A DNA stretch of 64,000 nucleotides from the human T2T-CHM13v2.0 reference genome, Homo sapiens, in the NCBI RefSeq assembly GCF_009914755.1, contig NC_060942.1. One strand, written 5' to 3'. This document shows positions 1 through 64,000 of this stretch, piece after piece (within the stretch, counting starts at the first letter, position 1; every line of letters begins with the position of its first letter). Both the position numbers and the translations under genes were made by a program. The notes below the pieces were generated by a model that did not search any database, was not told where the DNA came from, and saw only the letters and a list, made by a program, of their open reading frames with translations.

Positions 1-723
1 GGGCAGGACCTGAGAAGGCTGGGTGCAGAGATGAGACAGGATCAAAAGTTTTGTCAATCATGTGTATCCTAGGAGACAAATTTTTTAGCAGATGTGAAGG
101 GAGTGACCTGTTAATGTGGTTTGTAAATGGAGGCAGCCTATAGACCATTTTATGGACCGGATGATTTATCCTTGTTGAAGGGGAGATTGATGCCAAAAGG
201 GCAGTAATTGAGGAAACAATGGGTTAAGGACAGAGCAGGAGAGATTGACATTAGGAAAACAGAATAATTCCATTCTCTGAAACCAAAGAAAAGGAAACAT
301 TTTGAGGTGAATAAGAGAATTTGAGGTAATTTTTTTGTCTTCCTATTGAAATAGGCACAGCCAACAGCAGTAATGTGGTCTGGGTAACAGACAGGGCTTT
401 AGCTACCACGGATACCCTTGTGAAGGCAAAAACCGTAACTTACTCGTCTTTGCATCTCCTGCATTGCCTAGCACACTCCCCTATATATATAGTGGGCAGT
501 TAATAAATGTTTATGTTGAATATTTTTAAATGGAATTAAATAGATGTTCCTTGCAAATGAGAACTTCAGTGTACATGAACAAAAAAGAGATACCCCAGGG
601 GAAAGATGATGATCTTGAAGAAACAATGAAACCTGACTGTCTTTCTGTTTAAGGATAAATAGTTGCTTAATGTACCATCTCTGTCTGGAAAGTTTTTTTT
701 AAATACTGAATTCGTGAATGTAG

Positions 724-44162
<43,439 letters not shown>

Positions 44163-44198
44163 AGATAAAATGTTGATCATGTATATATATCCATAGTG

Positions 44199-44204
44199 AA
44201 TAAA
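44199..44204 (+). terminator. NDC80 polyadenylation signal
   Basis: AATAAA 36 nt after the stop codon, with a T-rich tract from about 44224. Confidence 0.8.
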
Positions 44205-44302
44205 ATTGTCTCAGTAAAGTGTATTTTTCTCTCTCATTTCTTACTAATTTCAAATGGTGAGAAGGCAAGGTAGTATGATTTAAACCAGAAGTCGGCAAAA
44301 TA

Positions 44303-44919
<617 letters not shown>

Positions 44920-45744
44920 CATCATGTGAGCCAAATCCAGCCGCACCCATTTATTTTCATATTGTCTATGACTGCTTTCTTACTACAGTGGCAGAGTTGA
45001 GTATATTCCAGAGAGACCATGTGGCCTGCAAAGCCAGAAATGTTGAGAAATGTTTACTGTCTGACCCTTTACAGAAAGTTCGCCGATCCCTTGTACAAAT
45101 TATACAAAGGTTGATACTAACTAAACTTTTTAATGACTCTAGGCATATAGTACAACCCACTCCTGATCCAGAGCCCTGTGGTTTTCTGGCTTCATGCCAT
45201 CTTTACTCCGAAACAGAAGAATACAGAATGTGAGAAACAGAAGAAATAAAAGAGTTCAACCCCCTCATTTTAGAGATGGGAGTTTATTTCTAGAGAAGCT
45301 CTGATTTCCCTCAGATTACACTTCTTAGTAGTGCTACAAGCCACAGTGGAACTTATTTGAGCTGGTGCACAATCCTGGGTACAGCCACAGGAGCCATGAC
45401 AAATGAATATTCAGGACGTTAGAATGTGAGGTTTAAATTTCTGTTCTTTCAAATGTGAGTCAGAATGAAGAACATAAAAAGAAATGTAAGTAAAATACAA
45501 TAAAAACTTGGAATGGAATTACAGCAAGGCTTTATGAAGAGAAGTGCATTTAGAGTGGAATGAAAAAGAGGTTACAGTTTAGGGATAACTAATAATGACA
45601 AGCGTAGTAGTTACCAATGTATTGAAAAATCTTGACTTCTGACATCTAATAGAACTTTCTTCTATATAAATGTTCTATCTGCACTATCCAGTGTGGTACC
45701 AGCCACATGTAGTTATTGTGCACTCAAGTGACACATGAAGAAAG

Positions 45745-46995
45745 AATCTCAAAGATCTGAATGGACATTTCTCAAAATCAGACATACAAATGGCCAATGG
45801 GTATGTGAAAAAATGCTGAACATCACTATTCAGAGAAATGCAAATCAAAACCACAATGAATACCTCACGCCAGTTAAAATGGCTTTTATCAAAAAGCGAA
45901 TAGGGTTCCTGGCAAGGATGTGGACAAAAGGGAACCCTCCTCCGTTGTTGATGGGAATGTAAATTAGTGCAGCCACCATGGAAAACTGTGGAGATTCCTG
46001 AAAAAATTAAAAATAGAACTATCATATGATCCAGCAATCCCACTGCTGGGTATATATCCAAAAGAAAAGAAATCAATATATTGAAGAGATGTCTGCACTC
46101 CCATGTTTATTTCAGCACTACTTACAATAGCCAAAATATGGAATCAACCCAAGTGCCCGTCAATGGATAAGCGGATAAAGAAAATGTGATATATATACAC
46201 AATGGAATATTCCACCGTTTAAAAAAATGAAATCCTATCATTTGCAGCAACACGGACGGAACTGAAGGTCACTGTTAAGTGAAATAAACCAAGCACAGAA
46301 ACACAGATATCACATGTTCTCACTCAGATGTAGGAGTTAGGAATGTGGATCTCATAAAGAATGGTGGTTACCAGAGGCAGGGATGGGTAGGGGGAGGGAG
46401 GGATGAAGAGAGGTCAATAAATGGCTACAAAAAAATACAGGTAGATAGAAAAAATAGACCTAGTGTTCGATAAGTCAGTAGAGTGACTATAGTAAAACAT
46501 CTATTGTATATTTCAAAATAGTAGAGAATAATTCAAATGTTTCCAGCATAAAGAAAAGATAAATGTTTAAGGTGATGGATGTTCCATTTACCCTGATTTG
46601 GTTATTATACATTATATTAATAATACCAAATATCACATGTACCCCAGAAATATGCACATCTATTATGTATCAATAAAAAATAAAATTGCCACAGTCATAA
46701 ATGAAATCATATTCTTCGCAACAATATCGATAGAGCTGGAGGCCTTTATCCTAAGTTAACTGACTCAGAAATAAGAAACCACATACCATATTTTCTCATG
46801 TATAACTGGGAGTTAAACATGTACACAGGGACATAAAGATGGAAATAATAGACACTGGGGACTCCAAAAGTGGGGGAGGATGGAAAGGAGCCTAGAGTTG
46901 AACAATTACCTATTTTACCTAGAAGCCCCACCAATATGCAATATACCCGTGTAACATACAAGTAACCCTTGAATCTAAAAATTGTTAAAAAAAAA
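45745..46995 (+). mobile_element. Old LINE-1 3' ends (L1MA/PB-like, two pieces)
   Basis: ORF2 C-terminal motifs (GATCCAGCAATCCCACTGCTGGGTATATATCC) and 3'UTR ends. Confidence 0.85.
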
Positions 46996-47098
46996 ATTAA
47001 AAAGACTCAAGATCTTTGCCACTCACAACCTGGTACAGAAACAACAGCAGCATCACCATCACCTGTGAGCTTGTTAGAAATGGCAGACTCTGTTTTAA

Positions 47099-47212
<114 letters not shown>

Positions 47213-47215
47213 TAG

Positions 47216-47494
<279 letters not shown>

Positions 47495-48301
47495 TGAAGT
47501 GATCTGCCCGCCTCAGCCACCCAAAGTGCTGGGATTACAGGCATGAGCCACCACATCTGGCCTAATTTTTTTTTTTTTTTAGAGACAGGATCTCACTATG
47601 TTGTCCAGGCTGGTCTCAAACTCCAGGAGTCAAGCAATCCTCCCAACTTGGCCTCCCAAACTCTAGGATTGCAGGTGTGAGCTACTGTGCCTGGTCCAGA
47701 AATGCATACTCTTGATCCCACCCCAAACCTACTGAATCAGAATCTGTACTTTTTATAGTGTATTAACATAAACTACATATTTAAAGTTTTCATAAGTGTT
47801 GACATCTGTATCTGTAAAACCATCATCACAATCAAGCTAATGAACATATCCATCACCGCCAAGAGTTTGCTTATAGCCCTTTGCCATCCATTCTCACCCC
47901 CCACACCACACCAATCTCCAGGAAAGCACTGATCAATCACCTTTCTGTTACTACAGACCAATTAGTAAATTGGTAACAGAAACAGTAAATTGAAAACAAA
48001 GAAATTTACAACTTTCTAGAATATTACATAAATATATAATGTAGTATGTATACTTCTGCATGGCTTCTTTCACTCAGAATAATTCTTCTGAGACTCACAC
48101 ATGTTCTGTGTATCAATAGTTTATTCCTTTTTATTGTCAAGTAATATTCCATTATATGAACACGCTGAGTTTGTTCATCCATTCACCTGTTGATGGTCAT
48201 TGTGTTGTTTATAGTTTTTGACTATTACAAATAAAAAGCCATTATGAACATTCATGTATAAATGTTCATATGGACACATGCTTTTTCATTACTCTTAGTT
48301 A

Positions 48302-48786
<485 letters not shown>

Positions 48787-48851
48787 GGAAAGAAGGAAGG
48801 AAGGAAGGAGAGAAAGAAAAAGAAAGAAAGAGAAAAAGAAAGAAAGAAAAA

Positions 48852-48908
<57 letters not shown>

Positions 48909-48910
48909 AA
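48787..48910 (+). repeat. (GAAG)/(GAAA)n purine tract derived from the Y RNA retrocopy tail
   Basis: About 120 nt of uninterrupted purines. Confidence 0.93.
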
Positions 48911-50354
48911 ACTCACAAAATATTTGTTTTCCAAGTGGTTGTACTATATTATGTTCCTACCTGCAGTGAGGGTTCCTGTTGGTCCAAATCCTTACTGACG
49001 CTTGGTATGATAGGACTTCTTCCAAACTGCTCATTACTTTAAAACATTTGATGTTTGAGCATGCTGCTTGTCATAAAGTTCTGTCTTCTACTGGACCAAA
49101 ATCTGCCTCTTTGTAACTTCCTCTAGTTCCATGTTTTTACCACTGAGTAGTTGGGTTATCGCAGTCTAATTCCATTGAGGAACATCAATTATCTTTATTT
49201 TTTATTATCCATCTTATGTTTGATTCTATGTTTGATTAAATCAATTTTTTCCCAATTGTTTTAATCTCTTTGTCATTTTTCCTCACTTTCAGTGTTGTTA
49301 TTTAAGTCTTTCTTCTATGGAAGTGTTTTTTAAATTTTTATTTAATTTTAAATTTTGGAAGAATTTGACTTTTTAAAAAGGTTGCAAGAGTAATTCAAAT
49401 TGTCCCCCTCATACAAATTCTCTTGCTAATATTTCACTACAAACATTTATTTATCATTCTCGCTCCTCTCCTTTCTATTTATTTATTAATATCTGTTTTA
49501 GAGATAGGGTCTTGCTCTATCGCTCTGGCTGGAATGCAATGGTGTGATCATGGTTCACTGCAGCCTCGAACTCCTGGGTTCATGTAATCCTCCTGCCTCA
49601 GCCTTTTGGGTAGCTGGAACTACAGGTGTGCACCACCACATACAGCTAATTTTTGTATTTTTTTTTTGCAGAGACAGAGTCTAGCTATGTTGCCTGGGCT
49701 GGTCTCAAAATCCTAGACTCGGCCGGGCGCGGTGGCTCATGCCTGTAATCCCTGCACTTTGGGAGGCCGAGGCGGGCGGATCACGAGGTCAGGAGATCGA
49801 GACCATCCTGGATAACATGGTGAAACCCCGTCTCTACTAAAAATACAAAAAATTAGCAGGGTGTGGTGGCGGGCAACTGTAGTCCCAGCTACTCGGGAGG
49901 CTGAGGCAGGAGAATGGCGTGAACCCGGAGGCGGAGCTTGCAGTGAGCAGAGATCATGCCACTGCACTCCAGCCTGGGCGACAGCGAGACTTCGTCTCAA
50001 AATAAATAAATAAATAAAAATCCTAGACTCAAGCGATCCTCTAGCCTCGACCTCTCAAAGAGATAGGATTAAAGGCATCATTACTGTGCATAGCCTTTTC
50101 TCTTATCTTGACTCACCTGTAAGTTGCAGACATGATACCTTTTTAACTTCAAATAATTCAGTATATATTTCCTTAAAACAATGTCAATCTTATATAATCA
50201 TAATACAATTATCAAAATCAGGAGATTAATATTGGTACATTACTACCTAATCTACAGAAAGTACTCAAATGTTGCCCGTTGACCCCAAAATGTTCTTTAT
50301 TAGGATTTTTTTTTCCTGGTGCAGGATCCAACCCAGTACACACATTGCATTTAG

Positions 50355-50693
<339 letters not shown>

Positions 50694-51119
50694 TAATCTC
50701 CTTTACAACTGGATGAGTTTCTCATTCTGACTTTGACTTTTATGACCTTGGTATTTTTGAAGAGTCATTTATAGAATATTTCTCAATTTTCGCCTAATGG
50801 ATCTCATGATTAGATAGGATATCCACAGAAGTGATGTTACATTCTTTTCAGTGCATCCTACCAGAAGGTACATGGTGTTGTTAACTTTAATCAGCTGATT
50901 GTGGTGGTGTCTGTAAGGTTAATATGTTCACCTTTGTAATTAATAAGTATCTCACAAGGAGGATACTTTGAGACCATGTAAATATAATATTTCTCATCAA
51001 GCTTTTACTTAACATCTGTGTCTCTTGAATGAATTATTACGCATTGGATGCCAAAAAATGATTTTTAAATTTCTATATTCTTTCTATAATTCTTTCTTAT
51101 TAACTAGCATTCTACTTAA

Positions 51120-51526
<407 letters not shown>

Positions 51527-52221
51527 TAACTATCACTATTTATTTTTATGTTTAAATCGTCCCAGATTTGGCCAGCGGGAGCCCATCAGGCTGGTTCCTG
51601 TGTCCTTTTTTGACATTTCTCCATCATTCTTTGAGCATTTCCTTAATTTCTGACACAATAGGATGTTCCAGTCCCATCCTGTATTGTCCATGCCCCACCC
51701 CTGGAATCAGCCAATCCTCCAACAATCCCTGGTTCCTTTTAGTGGACAATAATGTTTAGAAACCAAACTCTGGGTCAAACAGAGTGGCTGATGCCTGTAA
51801 TCCCAGCATTTTGGGAGGCTGAGGCAGGAGAATTACCTGAGCCCAAGACTTCGAGACCAGCCTGGGCAACATAGAGACCTCATCTGCACTTTAAAAAAAA
51901 AAAATTATCCAGGATGGTGGCATGCTCCTGTAGTTTCAGCTACTCAGGAGGCTGCAGTGTGAAGATAGCTTGATACTGGGATATTGAGGTTCAGTGAGCT
52001 ACGATGGTGCCACTGCACTCTAGCCTGGGCAACAGAGCGAAACCTTGTCTCAAAAAAAATAAAAATAAACAATCTGGGCACATATGTGCCCATTGTTCCT
52101 AAGGCGCCACTGCTTTCAGGCCCTCTCCAAGGACAGAGCTAGAAAATAGAAGTATGCAGGCTGGGCATAGTGGCTCACCCCTGTAATCTCAGCACTTTGG
52201 GAGGCTAACGCAGGCAGATCA

Positions 52222-52437
<216 letters not shown>

Positions 52438-52569
52438 CTAAAAAGAAAAAAGAAGAGAAAATAGAAGTATGTAGGTACATACACACATCTATATTTATAT
52501 CTCTATCTGTATCAATATATTAAAAACCAGGAGTTCATATGGATATCTCCAGCTTTAATCCAACACTAC

Positions 52570-53741
<1,172 letters not shown>

Positions 53742-53811
53742 TGAGGTGGATCGCCTGAGTTCAGGAGTTCGAGACCAGCCTGGCCAACATGGTGAAACCC
53801 TGTCTCTACTA

Positions 53812-54740
<929 letters not shown>

Positions 54741-54754
54741 ATGAGAAAAGAAAA

Positions 54755-55635
54755 GCAGCCTCAGCAGGTCCTTTAGGAGGTATCCAGAAGAAGGCATTGT
54801 TATCCTAGGAGATGACAGCTCCATGTAGGTTATTGCCCCTGAAGACCTTCCAGTGGGACAAGATGTGGAGGTGGAAGACAGTGATATTAATGATTAGCCT
54901 AAGCTAATGTGCATGTTTTTGTCTTAGTTTTTAACAAAAAAGCTTAATTTTTTTAAATAAAATAGTTAAAAGCTTAGAGAATAAGGATATAAAGAAAATA
55001 CTTTTGTACAGCTGTACAATGCTTGTGTTTTAAGCTGTGTTATTAGAAAAGCCAAAAAGTTTTTTAAATTGAGTTTATGAAGTAAAAATGTTACAGCAAG
55101 CTAAGATTAATTTGTTATCAAAGAAAGAACATTATTTTTAATAAATCTAGTGTAGCCTAAGTATACAGTGTTCATAAAGTCTACAGTAGTGTGCAGTAGC
55201 ATCCTGGCTCTTCCCTTTCACTCACCACTCACTCACTAACTCACACGGAGCAACTTCCAGTCCTGCAAGCTCCATTCATGGTAAGTGCCCTATACAGGTG
55301 TACCATGTTTTTTATCTTTTATGCCATATTTTTACTGTACCTTTTCTATGTTTAGATAGATTTAACTACAGATACTTACCGTTGTGTTACAATTGCCTGC
55401 AGTACTCAGTACAGTCATGTGCTGTACAGGTTTGTAGCCCAGGATCCACAGGCTATACCACGTAGCCTAGGTGTGTAGGTGATACCTACATTGAAGACTT
55501 AAAGGATTCAGGGGTGAAAGCTAGGTGATACCACTAGGTTTGTGTAAGTGCACTCTATGACATTCACACTATGATGAAATCACCTAATGACACATTTCTC
55601 AGAACAGATCCCTGTCATTAGGTGACTCATGGCTG
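54755..55635. mobile_element. Tigger3/Golem-type DNA transposon, one half only
   Basis: Characteristic CCTGAAGACCTTCCAGTGGGACAAGATGTGGAGGTGGAAGACAGTG and terminal ...GTCATTAGGTGACTCATGGCTG followed by TA. Confidence 0.75.
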
Positions 55636-55639
55636 TACT

Positions 55640-58553
<2,914 letters not shown>

Positions 58554-59614
58554 TTAATTAATTAAATTTAAATAAAATAAATAAGTAAAAATTAGCCAGG
58601 TATGACAGTACATGCCTGAGGTCTCATCTACTCCAGAGGATGAGGTAGGAGGATCGCTCGAGCCCAGGAGATTGAGGCTTTGAGGCTGCAGTGAGCCATG
58701 ATCACACCACTGCACTCCGGCCTGGGTGACAGAGCGAGACCCTGTCTCAAAAAAAAAAAAAAATTGTTTTAACTTAACACTTCTGTCTTTCTGTTCTCTA
58801 TCTTACTAAATGTTTGCTTTTTTCTTTACTAACCCACTCCTTCTGCTTTGCTTCCATTTATTTTGTTGTTTTTCCCCCTAAATTTTGATTACATTCTTAA
58901 TTCTTTTAAAAAAATAAGTATTTAAACCTATGAATTTTCCTCTGGTTTCTACTTTAGTAGCATATCACATTTTTTATGTGCTGTGTATTCATTTTCTACA
59001 GTTTCAGTTAGTGGTTTCTCTCTGCTGTAAGAACTGTTTAAAATAGTTTTGAATTTCCACATAGAAGGAATTCCCACCCCACACAACCCCCAAACTTTAT
59101 GAATTCCTAGTTGTATTGCATTGTAATCACAGAATGCTGTCTTCACTATTCTGCTTGGACCTTGCTGAGGTTTTTCTTTATGGCCTAATAGTTTTAGTGA
59201 GTGTTCGTGGGCAATGGAAAGGAAAGCATATTCAGATTTCAGGATGTATACATTGGCATGTTATCAACCAGATCTATCTTATCAATTACTAAGTTCTTCT
59301 GTGATTTATTTATTTTTTATCTACTTGATCACTGACAGTCTGAGAAACAGAAAGGTTAAATATATCTACCCAGTTCTTCTAGCAAATGGCAAACTTCTCT
59401 AGTAAATGGCAAAATCCAAATTCAGGCAATCTGACTTCAGTTCTTAACTACTATACCATGCTGGCTTTCATCGGTATTTGTTAGATTTTTCTTCATATGT
59501 TGTCACTTGGGGTCAAACCATTCAGGAGAAAGGCAGATCTCCCAGGGAAACAACTTGAAATCAATAAAAAGGATTGTGAGGACATAGGAGTTAGCAAGAT
59601 ACTCAGGAAGTCAG

Positions 59615-61922
59615 TGATATGGTTTGGCTGTGTCCGCACTCAAGTCTCAACTTGAATTTTCTCTCCCAGAATTCCCACGTGTTGTGGAAGGGACCCAGGG
59701 GGAGGTTAATTGAATCATGGGGGCAGGTCTTTCCCGTGCTATTCTCCTGATAGTTAATAAGTCTCACAAGATCTGATGGGTTTATCAGGGGTTTCTGCTT
59801 TTGCTTCTTCCTCGTTTTCTCTTGCCACCACCATGTAAGAAGTGCCTTTCACCTCCCACCATGATCCTGAGGCCTCCCCAGCCATGTGGAAATGTAAGTC
59901 CAATTAAACCTCTTTTTCTTCCCAGTCTCGGATATGTCTTTATCAGCAGCATGAAAATGGACTAATACAGTAAATTGGTACCAATAGAGTGGGGCAGTGC
60001 TGAAAAGATACCCCAAAATGTGGAAGCAACTTTGGAACTGGGTAACAGACAGAAGTTGGAACCATTTGGAGGGCTCAGAAGAAGACAGAAAAATGTGGGA
60101 AAGTTTGGAACCTCCTAGAGACTTGTTGAATAGCTTTGATAAAAATGCCGATAGCGATATGGACAATAAGGTCCAGGCTGAGGTGGTCTCAGGTGGAGAT
60201 GAGGAACTTGTTGGGAACTGGAGTGAAGGTGACTCTTGTTATGTTCTAGCAAAGAGACTGGCAGCATTTTGCCCCTGCCCTAGAGATTTGTGGAACTTTG
60301 AACTTAAGAAAGATGATTTATGATATCTGGCAGAAGAAATTTCTAAGCAGCAAAGCATTCAAGAGGTGACTTGAGTTCTGTTAAAGGCATTAAGTTTTAT
60401 AAGGGAAGCAGAGCATAAAAGTTTGGAAAATTTGCAGCCTGACTATGCAATAGAAAAGAAAAACCCATTTTCTGGGGAAAAATGCAAGCCGGCTGCAGAA
60501 ATTTGCGTAAGTAGTAAGGAGCCTAATGTTAATCCCTAAGACCATGGGGAAAATGTCTCCAGGCCATGTCAGAGAACTTCACGGCAGCCTCCCCCATCGT
60601 AGGCCCAGAGGCCCAAGAGGAAAAAGTGGTTTCGTGGGCTGGGTCCAGGGCCCACCTGCAGTGTGCAGTCTAGGGACTTGGTGCCCTGTTCCCAGCCACT
60701 CCAGCCATGGCTGAAAGGGGCCAACGTACAGCTTGGGCTGTGGCTTCAGAGGGTGGAAGTCCCACACCTTGGCAGCTTCTGCGTGGTGTTGAGCCTGCAG
60801 GTACACAGAAGTCAGGAATTGAGGTTTGGGAATCTCTGCCTAGATTATAGAAGATGTATGGAAACACCTGGATACCCAGGCATAGCATAGCCATAGCAAA
60901 GGCAGAAGTTTGCTACAGGGGTGGGGCCCTCATGGAGAACCTCTGCTAGGGCAATGCAGAAGGGAAATGTGGTGTCGGAGCCCCCACACAGAGTCCCTAC
61001 TGAGGAACTGCCTAGTGGAGCTGTGAGAAGAGGGCCACCATCCTCCAGACCCCAGAATGGTAGATCCACCGACAGCTTGCACCATGCACCTGGAAAAGCT
61101 GCAGACACTCAACACTAGCCCATGAAAGCAGGTGGGAGGGAGGCTGTACCCTGCAAAGCCACAGGGGCAGAGCTGCCTAAGAGCATGGGAACCCACCTCT
61201 TGCATCAGTATGACCTGGATGTAAGACCTGGAGTCAAAGGAGATCATTTTGGAGCTTTAAAATTTGACCGCTTCCCGGATTTTGGACTTGCATGGGCCCT
61301 GTAACCCCTTTGTTTTGGCCAATTTCTTCTATTTGGAATGGCTGTATTTACCCAATGCCTGTATCCCTATTATATCTAGAAAGTAACTAGCTTGCTTTTC
61401 ATTTTACAGGCTCATAGGCAGAAGGGACTTGCCTTGTCTCAGATGAGACTCTCAACTGTGGACTTCTGGGTTAATGCTGAAATGAGTTAAGACTTTGGGG
61501 GACTGTTGGAAAGGCATCATTGGTTTTGAAATGGGAGAACATGAGATTTGGAGGGGCCAGGGGCAAAATGATATGGTTTGTCTGTGTCCCTACCCAAATC
61601 TCAACTTGAATTTTATCTCCCAGAATCCCCATGTGTTGTGGGTGGGACCCAGGGGGAGGTAATTGAATCGTGGGGGGGGGTCTTTCCCATGCTATTCTTC
61701 TGATAGTTAATAAGTCCCACGAGATCTGATGGGTTTATCAGGGGTTTCTGCTTTTGCTTCTTCCTCATTTTCTCTTGCCACCGCCATGTAAGAAGTGCCT
61801 TTCTCCTCCTGCCATGATTCTGAGGCCTCCCCAGCCATGTGGAACTGTAAGTCCAACTAAACCTCTTTTTCTTCCCAGTCTCGGGTATGTCTTTATTAGC
61901 AGTGTGAAAACGGACTAATGCA
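59615..61922 (+). mobile_element. Full-length THE1 (THE1A-like) MaLR element: LTR 59615-59969, internal region, LTR 61569-61922
   Basis: Two ~355-bp direct repeats TGATATGG...GACTAAT(A/G)CA; 5-bp TSD GTCAG at 59610-59614 and 61923-61927; MaLR internal ORF remnant 59997..60323. Confidence 0.95.
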
Positions 61923-63449
61923 GTCAGGCAATTCTCCGAGAAGCTGAGGAATGGTGCAAAATGGTAACGTGACTAGAGCAAAAGGAACTGCAAACTACAT
62001 GGAATTTTGGTCAGTGAAGTTGCCAAGGGTTGGTACAGTAAGCAAGCGTGTGGTGTGGTGGGGCAGGAGATATGTGGGTAAGGTGGGAGGGTAAAATGCC
62101 TCATATCAAGCAACTGAGTGAGCGGGGGACAAGTCCCATCAACATTCTGTAAGAGGGTTATCATAGTGGAATCTTTTCTCCTCTACATACCTTGAGACCT
62201 CTGACTTGGGAGAAAGATATCATTTGTTCTGAAGCAGGAGACTCCACCCACCAGAAACTTGCAGGTTTAAGAAACAAATGGGGATGGCCCCTGAGTTGTT
62301 TGCCTATTAAGGGGAGGTGACAGCTCCTTTGTGGAGGAGGGGAGGGTAATGGGTAGCCCTCCATCGACAGCTCTTTCCACTCCTGAGAAAAGAGGAAAAC
62401 ATCAGTGCTGAAGAAGCCAGTCTGTTTGCTAGAAGACATGGGTCCACCCTAGGGAACTCGAAGAGGATACAAACTAGACCAGTGTCCCAGCAGAGGGATG
62501 GAATGGTGGGGAAAATTACTCCCTTTTTATCTTTCAGCCTTAGAAGTAGGAAGAGGTTCTACTCTCTACAAATTAGAGACTAAGTTAGTTGCCCAGGCAC
62601 TTAAGAGAAGTATATTGTTCACAAAGATAAACAATGCAAAATTCCATCAAAATGCTGGGAGACCAATGAAATGGTTGTAAAACGGATTCCCTAGGTATCT
62701 GACAGCTTTGGAGTAGGGAAGATGAGAGTAGGTCTATTGGAGAGAGTTGGTTTTCTAGGCACCAGGAGGGTCAAGGGCCAAGTTATTTGGATCCTTGAAA
62801 ATGAATTTTAGATCTACTCTCACACCCTCATCTTCATGCCTCACATCCTGGAAGAGAGATATGGAGAAGTCAAACAGTTGGTTACTCAAAATTGTCCATT
62901 TTCAGGAGAGGGAGGAAAGATGTGGAACTGAGTCAGGCTAGAAACAGAACTGGCTGTAGAGGCCTGGAAAGGGCTGGGAAAGGCTGGCACTTCCACCAAA
63001 ATCCCCTGATGGAGGGTGACGAGTAGGACAGACAAAAAAGTCGCCCGGCAGTGGATGCTCTCAATCTGTGCATGGAAAGGAAGGAGTCACTGGGTAACCG
63101 GGAGCCAAGAACAGCATTATCCTGATGTCTTTCCTTAAGGCAACCTCTATCCTGGGGCAAAGAGAAGGAACTTGGGGAGTTCCATCAAGTAGGTATAGTA
63201 AGCAAGGGTGTGGTGTGGTGGGGCAGGGGATGCTATACTATAGTTTAGCATTAATTATGTTTGGTTAGAAACATTGTTCTGTTGGCCTTTCTGTGTCCTG
63301 TTGAAAACATTGTTTATCACAGCCTAACTGCTGGCAGAGTTTCTCAAGCCCTGATTAGAATGCGGCTTCTAGGGGAAGGGAGGGTTAGGAGACTTCAATT
63401 CTATGGGACAATCACTCTGAGAATTGAAAATGCCACCCAGAGATAATAA

Positions 63450-63895
<446 letters not shown>

Positions 63896-64000
63896 TAGGG
63901 TTTGGCCTTTGTTCGGTGATTCTAAGAAGGAATGGTTAGTCTTTTTTTTTCCAACTACGGTACAGCATTAATTATGTTTGGTTAGAAACATTGTTCTGTT

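Noticed and set aside
1-723. Possible NDC80 promoter
   Set aside because: CpG-poor and ends in a splice acceptor at 723, so this is intron 1; the promoter lies upstream of the window.
59997-61304. Cluster of ORFs inside the THE1 internal region
   Set aside because: Fragmented MaLR internal sequence with stops; no intact protein.

Overview
This is primate genomic DNA, essentially human. It carries the complete coding region of NDC80 (HEC1, outer-kinetochore protein) on the + strand as 16 GT-AG coding exons. The ATG is at 733 and the TGA at 44160-44162; the spliced CDS is 1929 nt (642 aa), followed by a very short 3'UTR. The non-coding first exon and promoter lie upstream of the window. Intron 10 holds an antisense processed pseudogene of KATNBL1 split by an Alu. 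The rest is mostly repeat-derived: over 30 Alus, a 5'-truncated young L1PA, old L1/L2 pieces, MLT1 LTRs, Tigger/Charlie/MER DNA-transposon fossils, a Y1 RNA retrocopy, a decayed ERVL-class internal region and a full two-LTR THE1A element. Almost all ORFs in the supplied track are repeat artefacts. I found no convincing new biological system. The best leads are rearrangement scars (templated insertions, a 59-bp duplication around an Alu, an inverted Alu fusion, repeated use of one target site), some splice-signal oddities and a Pro605 NDC80 allele. Family assignments and reference comparisons come from recall, not database searches.
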